Part shown: piece after piece, positions 27,794 to 37,853 of the stretch
Layout: the number at the start of each line of letters is the position of its first letter
Numbering within the stretch: position 1 is the stretch's first letter
IMG/VR virus record: IMGVR_UViG_3300027969_000084
Location: 5,696 to 69,695 of that record
Origin: a virus
Strand: one strand, 5' to 3'
Length of the DNA: 64,000 bases
Position numbers and translations under genes: made by a program
Notes under the pieces: generated by a model
Databases searched by the model: none
Told to the model about the DNA's origin: nothing
The model's input: the letters and a program-made list of their open reading frames with translations, nothing else

Positions 27794-28657
27794 ATGGAGG
27801 GCGTAATGCTAAATTGTAGAACATGTGGTGACTATACAATCGATTATAATGCGTATTGCCCTGCTTGCATTCGAAACGAAAAAGTAGCACATGATAATTG
27901 GCGGACTTCGCAAATTCCACATTGCCATCGATATGGTTATAATATGGATACTGGCGCAGCCAATTATTATTTCCAACTCAAAGAAGATGGAAGCCTATCA
28001 TGGTCATGTTCGCCATATGGTAGCTACGCTGAATCTCCCCTGAATGATTTGGTTTGTAATGGCTTTTTTGAAAAAATGCGTGAGTATAGTTTCTCAGGAG
28101 CAACTTTTCAATATATGCTAGATAGTGCATATAATGCTGGTAGTAATCCTAAACTCCATAATGGTTTTAATATCCCACACGTCAGCAATGGTTTTACTTT
28201 TAGATTTGATGCCAGCAATCCAAATGTTAGTTTTCATATCAACGAGAATGGCCAAGTTGCTTTTCGGAGGAATAATGTGTTCTCTGATAAAAGGATTATG
28301 GACAAGTTTGATGCAGGGGTATGGGCATACATCGCCGCAAATAGCGAAAATATTAAGACTAGAATTCATCAAAACGAAATAGCACAACAAGAATATGAAA
28401 TTGATCAGCAAAAACGTAGCGGGCAATATAATTTGCAGACAGCCGTTTTGCTTCCATATTTTTTGATAACATCAATTATTGCCGTTTCCATGTTTGGTGG
28501 TGGTAAGATTGGTCTTGTATTTTCTACAGTATTTTGTATCACAAGTGCTGTTGCAAACTTAAGTGAGCGAAATCATCCAATAAAAATGCACACCTTTTTA
28601 TTGATAACTCTTGGTTTGGTTAATATGCTTGTCACGTCTATATTAAAATTGTGGTGA
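27794..28657 (+). CDS. membrane protein with N-terminal zinc ribbon
   Basis: CRTC-x9-CPAC and three C-terminal hydrophobic segments. Confidence 0.7.
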   Translation: MEGVMLNCRTCGDYTIDYNAYCPACIRNEKVAHDNWRTSQIPHCHRYGYNMDTGAANYYFQLKEDGSLSWSCSPYGSYAESPLNDLVCNGFFEKMREYSFSGATFQYMLDSAYNAGSNPKLHNGFNIPHVSNGFTFRFDASNPNVSFHINENGQVAFRRNNVFSDKRIMDKFDAGVWAYIAANSENIKTRIHQNEIAQQEYEIDQQKRSGQYNLQTAVLLPYFLITSIIAVSMFGGGKIGLVFSTVFCITSAVANLSERNHPIKMHTFLLITLGLVNMLVTSILKLW

Positions 28658-28699
28658 TTTTAAATTGTTTTGGTCATACAGTTATTATATAATTAATTC

Positions 28700-29047
28700 A
28701 TGATTAATTCAATTACCAGAGAAGTTACGCAAATAGAACTATCCATAGATGGAGTAGTGAGCTATATTGATGATTCGGAATGGTTAAATTATCTTGAACT
28801 AAATCTACCATATATCGTTACTATTCCTAAAGAAGATCGATATGTATATGATACCGTTGCAAAAAGTTATTGCTATGACTATGATGATATCGATGATTGG
28901 ATAGTAGATAACCTCGTTGGTACATGGCATAGCAACGTGCGAGAATATAGATTTTGTGATCAAAATGATGCACTATACTTCAAGTTATTTTGGGGTGGTG
29001 TCCGACCAGACTATTCACCGAATAAACCTATTAGGCACAGAATATGA
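28700..29047 (+). CDS. FKLRW-tail family protein
   Basis: WIVDNLVGTW, YRFCDQNDALYFKLFWG. Confidence 0.75.
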   Translation: MINSITREVTQIELSIDGVVSYIDDSEWLNYLELNLPYIVTIPKEDRYVYDTVAKSYCYDYDDIDDWIVDNLVGTWHSNVREYRFCDQNDALYFKLFWGGVRPDYSPNKPIRHRI

Positions 29048-29241
29048 TGAACGATTGGCATACCATTAGTATTTTTTGTCCAGAAGAGCTAGATAAGCCA
29101 TATAGTGGCTGGAAACCTTGCATCGTCTGGTGTAAACAACAATTTGGCGAACGAGGCTCAAATTGGATTTATATTGGAGAAGGTGTATTCTCATTTGAGA
29201 ACGAAGAAGATTTGATTCTATTCAAGTTGCGTTGGGGATAA
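29044..29241 (+). CDS. FKLRW-tail family protein
   Basis: VWCKQQFG, ends FSFENEEDLILFKLRWG. Confidence 0.75.
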   Translation: MMNDWHTISIFCPEELDKPYSGWKPCIVWCKQQFGERGSNWIYIGEGVFSFENEEDLILFKLRWG

Positions 29242-29245
29242 TATT

Positions 29246-29437
29246 TTGAGGGAATTACTGATGAAGCATGATTTCAAAACGTGGTCTAATCGAAATACGA
29301 TTATTCGTGATCTGGAAAAACAATCCCGCGATGCTGAATGGATTGGAAATATGGATGAATCAAATCGATTGGATGAAATCATCCTTATTGAGAAGAAACT
29401 TCTAATAACGGACGGAGAGCTTGTCGTCCCGTTCTGA
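29246..29437 (+). CDS. small hypothetical protein
   Basis: 63-aa ORF in operon context. Confidence 0.55.
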   Translation: MRELLMKHDFKTWSNRNTIIRDLEKQSRDAEWIGNMDESNRLDEIILIEKKLLITDGELVVPF

Positions 29438-29537
29438 CGCCATTGTTCGTAACAGAGGTGTTGGTATATAATTTTTGGTAGAAGCCACCAGAGAGGCTCT
29501 GTGTAGCTTTAATAGCCATTTAAAACGTATATTGAAA

Positions 29538-29954
29538 TCATTTACCTAGAATATATTCTTCAATCTTAGCTTTGCCTTTAAACACAAAGTTTCCGGCATC
29601 TGAATTGACTTTCAGAAAATCCCAAGCACCATATTTTTGACGTTTTTTGTATAATAGCCGCGTAGCTGTTAAGACATTTTTAATAGTCAACGCAGATACT
29701 TGTGCTTCTAATTTTCCATCAATCTTTTTTGTTGATATGGCAACCCATCCAGCATCATCTAATATTTTTTTTTCGTCAATCTTTTCGGTAACTTCAATTA
29801 ATTCACCATCTTTGATGATAAGTCCCAAGTTAACCAATCCAAACTTTTCTGGATGTTCTTTTGCATAATCATAGTGCATCTTTGCCGATGAAACGTTTTC
29901 AAACATCTTAGTGTTAACGTTCACCCATGCCTTGTATGTGTTAAAATCATTCAT
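29538..29954 (-). CDS. hypothetical protein
   Basis: GGAGGT SD before ATG 29954. Confidence 0.7.
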   Translation of the reverse strand: MNDFNTYKAWVNVNTKMFENVSSAKMHYDYAKEHPEKFGLVNLGLIIKDGELIEVTEKIDEKKILDDAGWVAISTKKIDGKLEAQVSALTIKNVLTATRLLYKKRQKYGAWDFLKVNSDAGNFVFKGKAKIEEYILGK

Positions 29955-30084
29955 TTTTCTGACCTCCAACGAGCGGCCACTTCTTGGCATTATAATGATA
30001 GTTTAATTTCAATAAAAGTCAATAGGAAATTAACTAAATCATATATATTTATAATTTAAAGTCATTATTTAAGAGTGGAATGTC

Positions 30085-30555
30085 CTATACGTTTGCTGGC
30101 GTATAATACGGCGTCTCCACCAACTGTATCATTATGTCATTGGAAATAAATTCATCATAATCGGCCAAGTATCCATCAGAAACAATGATATTGATTGAGT
30201 TTTTATATGATGAATTACATTTTTGTCTACTTTTTATAAAATCAAGAATTGGAATAAGTAGTGATCCACCCCCGCAATTATATGCCATGCTATAAAGAGT
30301 ATGTTCAAGGTTTTCGTGCTTAATATCAACTTTCTCATGTGCGAGTTCTGTATCAAATTGCAAAATATTAATTACACCAGAAAATCCAATAGCTGCAAGC
30401 GCATTGCTAATATTCCTTCCAGATGCCATAACTAATGGAATATGTATGGAACCAGACACATCAATAAGAAGATTAACATTATCAAATTTCTTAGGAAATA
30501 ACATAAGCAATTGAAGACAAATATCAGATTTGCGCTGTAATTCAATTATTTGCAT
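30085..30555 (-). CDS. stand-alone vWA-like domain protein
   Basis: MIDAS DVSGS, QFDTE, GGGS, IIVSDGY. Confidence 0.7.
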   Translation of the reverse strand: MQIIELQRKSDICLQLLMLFPKKFDNVNLLIDVSGSIHIPLVMASGRNISNALAAIGFSGVINILQFDTELAHEKVDIKHENLEHTLYSMAYNCGGGSLLIPILDFIKSRQKCNSSYKNSINIIVSDGYLADYDEFISNDIMIQLVETPYYTPANV

Positions 30556-30651
30556 TTTTTTATTCCTTTTTTTTGATAATTGTTATTGTGTCATATTTTA
30601 TAAACAAGTCAATCATACTTTTTGTATAAATATTAAAAACGGGAGATTACT

Positions 30652-31353
30652 ATGTCTAATATGCGCACTCTAATTAATTTGACTGAAAGCTTTGTTGATG
30701 CCGAAGAAGGCGAAATGGCCAAGGGTCAGATGAAAGTCATGTGCCATAATATTAAAGAACTAAATGATATGATTGAAGACGAAGATGATCTTCCAGAATG
30801 GGTTCAAAACAAACTAACCGTTGCTAACGATTATATTAATACTGTTAAAAATTATATGTTGGGTCAAGATCATGACTTAGATGAAGCAGCAGGCGATGAT
30901 GAATTAATTTCGGCATTTCTTGCAAAAAAGAAAGCAAAAGTTGTTGAACCTGGAACTGCTTATGGCGCGAACCCCAAGGCCGATGCTGTGGACAAGTATG
31001 CGGCTAGAACGGCTCGCTATGCCGCTATGGACGCCGCTGACGAGGCTCGTGCGGCTAAGGCCAAGGCTAAGGCAGAGGCTAAAAGGATAGCCCGAAATCG
31101 GGCAGAATCGCTTAAATTATACCCAGAGACCGCCCCGCAGCGAAAATTATATTTTGATTATCTTGACGAGTTAAAAGCACTCAGAAATGGATCGCTCCGT
31201 GTCTCTGACGCCAAGATTGTAACGGACCCTGAAACCTACGTTAAGCTGAAAGACTTCTTCGTTTCCCCAGAAAGTGAACACCTTTGGTCTGATGATCTAG
31301 AAGACATTAAGCGCATAATTTCTTCTGGATCATACCCAATATTCTATAATTAA
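30652..31353 (+). CDS. late virion protein
   Basis: TATAAATA at 30625-30632, GGGAG SD, EGEMAK...DDLPEWVQ.K module. Confidence 0.75.
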   Translation: MSNMRTLINLTESFVDAEEGEMAKGQMKVMCHNIKELNDMIEDEDDLPEWVQNKLTVANDYINTVKNYMLGQDHDLDEAAGDDELISAFLAKKKAKVVEPGTAYGANPKADAVDKYAARTARYAAMDAADEARAAKAKAKAEAKRIARNRAESLKLYPETAPQRKLYFDYLDELKALRNGSLRVSDAKIVTDPETYVKLKDFFVSPESEHLWSDDLEDIKRIISSGSYPIFYN

Positions 31354-31592
31354 CCCCAACGCAGCATGCACATAACGTATGCGTCATTATCTTTAAATAT
31401 TATAGCACCATTGGGATATTTTGCACAGTCATCAATGAACTTAACGTTGCCTAATTTTTTAAGTTCTGTATTTATGGATTCAACGGAAAATCCCATATTA
31501 TTCATAGGATATTCTGTTGCCATATGATCAATCATTTTTTTCCACCAATCGGGGCACCTACTAAGATATTCTTCCAACTCCACAGTATGCAT
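31350..31592 (-). CDS. FKLRW-tail family protein
   Basis: ends IIFKDNDAYVMCMLRWG. Confidence 0.7.
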   Translation of the reverse strand: MHTVELEEYLSRCPDWWKKMIDHMATEYPMNNMGFSVESINTELKKLGNVKFIDDCAKYPNGAIIFKDNDAYVMCMLRWG

Positions 31593-31642
31593 AAGAAGGT
31601 CTCATATTAATTTCACTGATAATAGAACATTTAATAGTATTG

Positions 31643-32194
31643 TCAAGATTTCTTTATGACAGTTGCCATGCGCATTGACGGATGAAGAGGAATAACATGA
31701 CTCCCGCCAGTTAGTTTAGGAAAAAGAAACTCATCAATTTTCTTCTGTAATCCAGATAGAACTTGATCATATGGCGCGTTTGGTTCTAATCCTAATTCTA
31801 TGGCCCAATTCAATCTAACAGAAAACTTATGACTATTCGTCGAAATACCATTTTTCATTTCTTGACGAATGGCCTCTTTAGCCGAAGAAAGAGATTTCAA
31901 ATCTTCATTTTCTGGTTTCGGAGATAATTCTGGAAATATTTTTTGATCCATTTTGGCTTTTATAACTCGCAAAACCTGTTCAGGAGTTGCCGTTGGTCTT
32001 AATCCAAGCCTATACGCCCATTTTTTTGCTAATGCTGGGTTATCTGGTATGTCTTTGTGCAATGATGATAATTGAGAATATGGAATGTCTTCATTAATTA
32101 TTCCCCATGATGCAAAAGCAAAAAATGGATTGGACACAACTTCATCTAAGTTGATCATCTCCATTATCTTTTTCATATCACCAGTTCTAGACAT
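31643..32194 (-). CDS. late protein with internal duplication
   Basis: TAAATA at 32213-32218; WA..LGL.P.A...QVL.....K.D...FP.L occurs twice. Confidence 0.7.
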   Translation of the reverse strand: MSRTGDMKKIMEMINLDEVVSNPFFAFASWGIINEDIPYSQLSSLHKDIPDNPALAKKWAYRLGLRPTATPEQVLRVIKAKMDQKIFPELSPKPENEDLKSLSSAKEAIRQEMKNGISTNSHKFSVRLNWAIELGLEPNAPYDQVLSGLQKKIDEFLFPKLTGGSHVIPLHPSMRMATVIKKS

Positions 32195-32273
32195 TTTTTC
32201 TCCAGTCATTAATATTTAGTTAATGACGGATTAATTCATAAATAAATGATATGCATATTCTGGGAGTTATTTT

Positions 32274-32936
32274 ATGAAGATCGCGGTTTTAGGTTTTATT
32301 CTTTCTTTATTTGCTATGCATGCATTTGCAGAAACTTCAGCAACTCTCAATGGTTCCATGATCAATAATAATGGAAAGTCTAGTAATGTTATTTCTGGAT
32401 CAATAGATTATGAGAAAGAAGATACTAAATGGAAGAAAAACCTTGGAGCCGAAGTATTATATCAAGATTTAGGCAAAACCCCGATGTATAATGTGGAACT
32501 TTCTGGGAAATTGGGAAGAAACATTGACGCTAAAAATTATGTAAAAGCTGGATTTAGACTTGAATATGATAATACAAAACAAAATACGCTAGCATTAACT
32601 AGCGTTATTGGTCATGGTTATAGGTTCATTCGAAATGATAAGATGCGTCTTAGCAATGAACTAGCAGTGGGTATACGAGGAGATCAATTTAAAAATATTC
32701 CTATAGTATCTGATAGCATATGGTTTTCTTGGAAAGTTACACCAACTATTACCATTGGTAATAAATTTCTTATAGAGAAATCTATTGGCAAAGCAGATGA
32801 AAAGTACATTTATAATACTACCACTGCTAATTATGAATTAAACTCTCGTTCATCGGTTCATATAGAAAATCGTATATATAAAGAAAACTTCGTCGATAGT
32901 AATACAACGTTGTTTGGATTGACCGTTCAATTTTAA
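32274..32936 (+). CDS. outer-membrane beta-barrel protein (DUF481/YdiY-like)
   Basis: signal peptide ending AFA, alternating strands, GHGYRFI, terminal FGLTVQF beta-signal; TAAATA at 32239-32244. Confidence 0.7.
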   Translation: MKIAVLGFILSLFAMHAFAETSATLNGSMINNNGKSSNVISGSIDYEKEDTKWKKNLGAEVLYQDLGKTPMYNVELSGKLGRNIDAKNYVKAGFRLEYDNTKQNTLALTSVIGHGYRFIRNDKMRLSNELAVGIRGDQFKNIPIVSDSIWFSWKVTPTITIGNKFLIEKSIGKADEKYIYNTTTANYELNSRSSVHIENRIYKENFVDSNTTLFGLTVQF

Positions 32937-32972
32937 TTTGAAGAAAATTTTGATATCTTCTTCAAATTAAAA
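32931..32972. terminator. bidirectional hairpin between convergent genes
   Basis: 15-bp perfect inverted repeat TTTTAATTTGAAGAA / TTCTTCAAATTAAAA. Confidence 0.65.
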
Positions 32973-32989
32973 TTAACGAGGTCAGCGTT

Positions 32990-34180
32990 CTATTCTTCCC
33001 AAAGTTCTTTAAAATCAGTATGGACTAGGACTTGTTGTCCGTTGTCCAATGTTTCAAAGACAAGATTAAACCGAATCAAATCCACAGTTCGACGTTTAAA
33101 CTTTGCATTAATTGAGGTAATAATCTCGCGTTGGACACCATCTTTGCCATAATTTTTAATTTGATCGGCAAATTCACTAGCCCACGGCGGAATGGAAGAA
33201 GAGTTATCTTTCAGATTTTTCTTAAGAGCAACGTGGCTTTCTTTGTATTCTTTGCGTAACAAAGCAATTTGTTCCTTAGAAATAATCTTTATAGAATTAC
33301 GATGATCAACCGTAGGATTATTGATGCGCGATTGAATAGGCTTAAGCCATCCTCTTTCTCTCTTTTTTTCTTTATTGCCGGTATTAGCTTTATTATCGAC
33401 CTTTGTCAAAACATGGCCTATCAACCACATCTCCGCCCAATCGGTTGGGCCTTCTGAACGAACCGAATAGATTAGAGATTTTGGAGGCGGACTATTGTAA
33501 AGCTTGGCATTGATTTGATTAGACGTGATTTCTAAACCAGTTTTAGCCGTGATATATTCCGCAATAGTGGTTAACTTTGTTCCTGCAAGAAACTTTTTGC
33601 ATACTTCAAGTTCCATTTCTGGATATGAATACCAAGGGAAACCTTTGCTTTGATTTTTACCAGAAGAAGAAATAGCAATTTCTTCTTTGATTGGAATTTC
33701 TTTCTTGATCCTTGCAATCTTAGAAATATTTTCAAAAGCATCTTCTGGAATTTCTTCAAAACCATCCCGCCACTTATTAAGAACGGTCTTTGAAATTTCA
33801 AGAGAAGAACAAACAGTAGATTCCCAATCGGTAGGAAGTTCACCCATACGCTTCTCTACTTTATCTTGAAACTCAAACCAACGATATGACAGATTTGAAA
33901 TCTTAGCCATTTGTCTCAGCGTTTTTTCATCAACGGCTTTTTTTAGAAAATTAATCTGAAGAAGCAAAACTTCATTTTCTTTGGTGCGCTTATTAATAAG
34001 CGCTGATGTGCGACGAATCATACTTCCTTCGCGATTGTCATAAAATCCGATATCATCGCTATGAAAATCATTTTTTGCCATAAGGGTCTTAGCAATAGAA
34101 ATTGCATTTTTAGATTCATTTGAATCGTCGGCAAGACCGCGCTTCACTAGATCAAAAACTCTTTGAAAATCTTCCGACAT
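32990..34180 (-). CDS. multi-domain putative DNA-binding protein
   Basis: DUF2786-like N-terminus, HTH-like segment, GcrA-like W..E...K..LAG....IA....T.N.I.AK; AGGAG SD. Confidence 0.55.
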   Translation of the reverse strand: MSEDFQRVFDLVKRGLADDSNESKNAISIAKTLMAKNDFHSDDIGFYDNREGSMIRRTSALINKRTKENEVLLLQINFLKKAVDEKTLRQMAKISNLSYRWFEFQDKVEKRMGELPTDWESTVCSSLEISKTVLNKWRDGFEEIPEDAFENISKIARIKKEIPIKEEIAISSSGKNQSKGFPWYSYPEMELEVCKKFLAGTKLTTIAEYITAKTGLEITSNQINAKLYNSPPPKSLIYSVRSEGPTDWAEMWLIGHVLTKVDNKANTGNKEKKRERGWLKPIQSRINNPTVDHRNSIKIISKEQIALLRKEYKESHVALKKNLKDNSSSIPPWASEFADQIKNYGKDGVQREIITSINAKFKRRTVDLIRFNLVFETLDNGQQVLVHTDFKELWEE

Positions 34181-34198
34181 AATAACTCCTATTATTAG

Positions 34199-34232
34199 AA
34201 AAAAGTAGCCCGCTTCTGCGAGCTACTTTTTT
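34199..34232. terminator. intrinsic terminator
   Basis: A6-GTAGCCCGC-TTCT-GCGAGCTAC-T6. Confidence 0.75.
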
Positions 34233-34248
34233 AATTTACCTGATAGGC

Positions 34249-34872
34249 TTATGCCTTCGCCGGAACCGTCGTATCCGCAGAAAAACGGTTCATAAACATA
34301 CGAACTTCGCGCAGTTCTGCCCCATGTTGTTCAACGCGATTTGTCAATTCCACGTTTTCTTCCTTAAGTGCGGCCATCGCAATCATGGTTTCAGTTTGTT
34401 GGTCTGCAAACAAAACAGTGCTTTCAACAAATGCCGTGCGGACCTTCTTGGAACTGCGAGCGATCAGAGAAGCGTGTGCAATTGCCCGTGCTTGATCTGT
34501 CTGCGATAGCCCGCTGTGGACGATCTTAGAGGTCACCAGAGCCATCTGCGGCGATCCCAAGAATGCTGGCATGCCTTGCATATCCGCCTTAACTGGGGCA
34601 CCAAGCGCCCAGATTGGGTCGCGGCCCCGTGAAGGCGATGGGAAGATAGCGGACCCGATTACGTTAGAAAATTGGCCAGACTTAAAAGCTGCAACAATCT
34701 TCGTCTTTGCAGAGCGATATGCACTAAAATCTTGCGTAAAACCAGACAAAACCAGATGGTCATGAAGAGACATTGGACCACGAGCAATTGCATCTGCGAT
34801 AAAGTTACTAACATTAAACTTAGAATTCTTAGCCTTAGCCTTAGTAGAGGTCTTCGTTGCGCGAATGGCCAT
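34249..34872 (-). CDS. hypothetical basic protein with C-terminal coiled coil
   Basis: AGGAG SD, higher GC than flanks, followed by terminator. Confidence 0.75.
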   Translation of the reverse strand: MAIRATKTSTKAKAKNSKFNVSNFIADAIARGPMSLHDHLVLSGFTQDFSAYRSAKTKIVAAFKSGQFSNVIGSAIFPSPSRGRDPIWALGAPVKADMQGMPAFLGSPQMALVTSKIVHSGLSQTDQARAIAHASLIARSSKKVRTAFVESTVLFADQQTETMIAMAALKEENVELTNRVEQHGAELREVRMFMNRFSADTTVPAKA

Positions 34873-34990
34873 TTACATAAATCTCCTAGATGTGAGTCGG
34901 GACAATCCCTAATTCCTTATAGACTATTTTTCACTATTGTAAACGAGATTATTTAAAAAATATGCAATTAAAACCATACTAAATAGGTAT

Positions 34991-35773
34991 ATGTCTAAAA
35001 TTGAATTACACAATGGCGATTGCCTTGATATCATGAAATCATTTGATGATGAAAGCATTGATGCAATTATTTGCGATTTGCCATATGGAACTACACAATG
35101 TTCTTGGGATATCGCATTGGACCTAAATGTTTTATGGTCAGAATATTTGAGAATTGCAAAAAAAGATGCACCAATTATATTATTCTCGGCACAACCATTT
35201 ACTACAAAACTAGTAGCATCAAACTTAGATTTGTATCGTTATATGTGGTATTGGGAGAAAGAAAAAGGAACTAATTTTTTTAGAACAGGAAATCAACCTC
35301 TTAGAGTAATTGAAGAAATATCCGTATTTTGTAAAACATCAAATTACACCTATAACCCACAACTTGTTCCATTAGACAAACCATATACTCATACAATGCC
35401 ATTAAAACATTCTGCTATTACCGGAAAAGGTGAAATTTCAGCAAAACAAACTGACAAAAAAAGAGAATATAAAACTTATACACATTCTCAGCCTAAAAAT
35501 ATTTTAAAATTTTCTCGCGATAATGGTAATAAAAGTTTAGTTCCAACGCAAAAACCAATAGCGTTGTTAGAATATCTAATTAAAACATATACCAATGATG
35601 GCGGAACAATTCTAGATAACACGATGGGTAGTGGTACGTGCGGCGTTGCCGCTAAACGATTGGATCGAGATTTTATTGGAATTGAATTAGATAAAAAACA
35701 TTTTGATATCGCAAAAAAAAGGATCGATAATGAAATACCCATCACCGATCCAAATTTCATTTTTATAAGATAA
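34991..35773 (+). CDS. DNA methyltransferase, N6-adenine/N4-cytosine beta class
   Basis: GDCL, DLPY motif IV, PTQKP, ILDNTMGSGT, FIGIELD. Confidence 0.9.
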   Translation: MSKIELHNGDCLDIMKSFDDESIDAIICDLPYGTTQCSWDIALDLNVLWSEYLRIAKKDAPIILFSAQPFTTKLVASNLDLYRYMWYWEKEKGTNFFRTGNQPLRVIEEISVFCKTSNYTYNPQLVPLDKPYTHTMPLKHSAITGKGEISAKQTDKKREYKTYTHSQPKNILKFSRDNGNKSLVPTQKPIALLEYLIKTYTNDGGTILDNTMGSGTCGVAAKRLDRDFIGIELDKKHFDIAKKRIDNEIPITDPNFIFIR

Positions 35774-35786
35774 TACGGATAACCTT

Positions 35787-35999
35787 TCAGGTCTGTTTCA
35801 ATTCTCCACCAAATTTGAGATTGAATAGAATTGCGTCTTGAGCAGTTTCAAAAAAGAACCGTGCTATATAGTCATGTTTCCAACTAAGATCAGAAACATC
35901 TGTGCTCTTATAATGCATATAGCTTGGGCAATTTTCTTTCGCCCAATTATGATAAGTGTATGTTGGATTATCCGGATCATAAAGAGTAACCTCGAACAT
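35787..35999 (-). CDS. FKLRW-tail family protein
   Basis: NWAKENCPSY, FFFETAQDAILFNLKFG. Confidence 0.75.
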   Translation of the reverse strand: MFEVTLYDPDNPTYTYHNWAKENCPSYMHYKSTDVSDLSWKHDYIARFFFETAQDAILFNLKFGGELKQT

Positions 36000-37841
36000 T
36001 TACCCTCTCCATTTGTTCACGATAGGGTAGCGACGATCACGTCCATGAATCTTGCTGGTGATCTTTACGCCGGGAGCAGCTTGGCGGCGCTTATATTCCG
36101 CATTATCTACCAATTGACGAATCTTCATCACCACTGAACAATCTATGTTAATTCGCATAGCAATTTCATCTACGCTCAATTCATCTTCGATCATACCCTT
36201 TAGAAGGCTATCAAGAACAGGGTAAGGGGGCAACGATTGCTCATCGAATTGGTCTGGACGAAGTTCGGCGGAAGGTGGCTTTACAATGATAGCTTCAGGA
36301 ACAACCTCATCATTTGTACCAAAAAACCCATAGGATTTAATCTGAGAAAGATCGAGATTATTTCTCCAGCGACACAGTTCCCACACGGTAGTCTTATACA
36401 AATCCTTAATAGGATTAAAACCACCCGACATGTCGCCATATAATGTCGCATAACCAACACTAACTTCTGACTTATTTCCCGTTGTCAGGAGAAGATGATA
36501 TTCTTGATTGGATATTGCCATGAGAATATTACCACGCGCTCTCGCTTGAATATTTTCATCTGCAATTCCCGTCAGCTTGCGAGGGTTTAGATTTTCATTA
36601 CCACCGTTATAAACATTATGTTCTGGATAATTCCCGTGATCCGTAGTATTTGCGTATGCTTGCCGCAAAGCTTCCACAACCGGTTCAATAGAAATTGTAC
36701 GAACCTTGGCACGAAGACGATCAGAACCAGCCGCTGCATCATTCAAAGAATGCTGGCTGCTATATTTTGAAGGCAACCGAACTAGATGTACATTATCCGG
36801 ACCAACCGCATCGGCTGCAATAGCCGCAACCAATCCAGAATCAACACCTCCGGAATATCCAATAACTACTGACTTGAAACCCTGCTTGTGCATATAGTCG
36901 CGAGTACCAAGCACACATGCTTGATAGATTTCTGCAAAACTAGTTGGTTCTACTGTCGGATAGTTATCAACAGTTACTAATGGCGTAGGTTGCTTAATCC
37001 ATTGGGAATGTTCACCATCATCAGAAATATGAATGATAGCTTCTCCCGCAGAATTAGTATGACGATTTTCAGAAGAAATGTTTACATCTACATAGAAGAT
37101 ATCTTCTTGGAAGGATGGGAACTCTTTTAGATTTCCGTCATAAAGGAATGATCCACCATCGAACACCAACTCATCTTGTCCACCAACCATATTCACATAT
37201 AGGAATGGTAGACCAGTTTCATTGATGCGATCTTTGATTACATTATGCCGAACAATATTCTTTCCAACTTCAAATGGCGAACCATTGATACTGATCAAAA
37301 ATTGAGCACCACGATCCATCATTTCTTTACTGACACGCGGGAACCAACAATCCTCACAGATCATTACTCCAATCGTATGGCCGCGCCATGTGATAGGATA
37401 TGGCCGCTCTCCAGAAATGAACACACGCTTTTCGTCAAACACGCCATAATTTGGCAACTCAGTTTTATAAATTAGTTGAATTGGTAAAAGATATTGTCCA
37501 TCTTGCGGAGAATATGGCGGAACTTGTGGATCAACCACGTATGCCGCATTACGGATGCCTCTCGGAACTCGACGCGGTGTACCATAGATAATCGTAGGGC
37601 CAGTTTTCCTTGCGCAAATAGTTGTGTTGATAAACTTAACTTTTTCAGCAACCGCAGACATAAAGCTTTCGCGAAGAACAAGGTCTTCTAGCGGATAACC
37701 AGTAAGAGCACATTCTGGGAATACTACCAGTTCAGCGCCTTCGGTTGCGGCTTTATCATATGCAGTAATAATTCGGGCGGCATTACCATCAAGGTCTCCA
37801 ACAATAGGATTAAATTGCACAATGGCGATTTTAGTGGTCAT
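36000..37841 (-). CDS. nadE: glutamine-dependent NAD+ synthetase
   Basis: nitrilase domain (VFPE, YKTELPNYGVFDEKR, ICEDCW) plus SGGVDS, ENIQARARG, GNKSE, PPSAELRPDQ. Confidence 0.95.
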   Translation of the reverse strand: MTTKIAIVQFNPIVGDLDGNAARIITAYDKAATEGAELVVFPECALTGYPLEDLVLRESFMSAVAEKVKFINTTICARKTGPTIIYGTPRRVPRGIRNAAYVVDPQVPPYSPQDGQYLLPIQLIYKTELPNYGVFDEKRVFISGERPYPITWRGHTIGVMICEDCWFPRVSKEMMDRGAQFLISINGSPFEVGKNIVRHNVIKDRINETGLPFLYVNMVGGQDELVFDGGSFLYDGNLKEFPSFQEDIFYVDVNISSENRHTNSAGEAIIHISDDGEHSQWIKQPTPLVTVDNYPTVEPTSFAEIYQACVLGTRDYMHKQGFKSVVIGYSGGVDSGLVAAIAADAVGPDNVHLVRLPSKYSSQHSLNDAAAGSDRLRAKVRTISIEPVVEALRQAYANTTDHGNYPEHNVYNGGNENLNPRKLTGIADENIQARARGNILMAISNQEYHLLLTTGNKSEVSVGYATLYGDMSGGFNPIKDLYKTTVWELCRWRNNLDLSQIKSYGFFGTNDEVVPEAIIVKPPSAELRPDQFDEQSLPPYPVLDSLLKGMIEDELSVDEIAMRINIDCSVVMKIRQLVDNAEYKRRQAAPGVKITSKIHGRDRRYPIVNKWRG

Positions 37842-37853
37842 TTTTGATCCTAT

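Noticed and set aside
34991-35773. CcrM orthologue
   Set aside because: DLPY motif and short length fit generic phage beta-class methyltransferases; specificity cannot be read from sequence.
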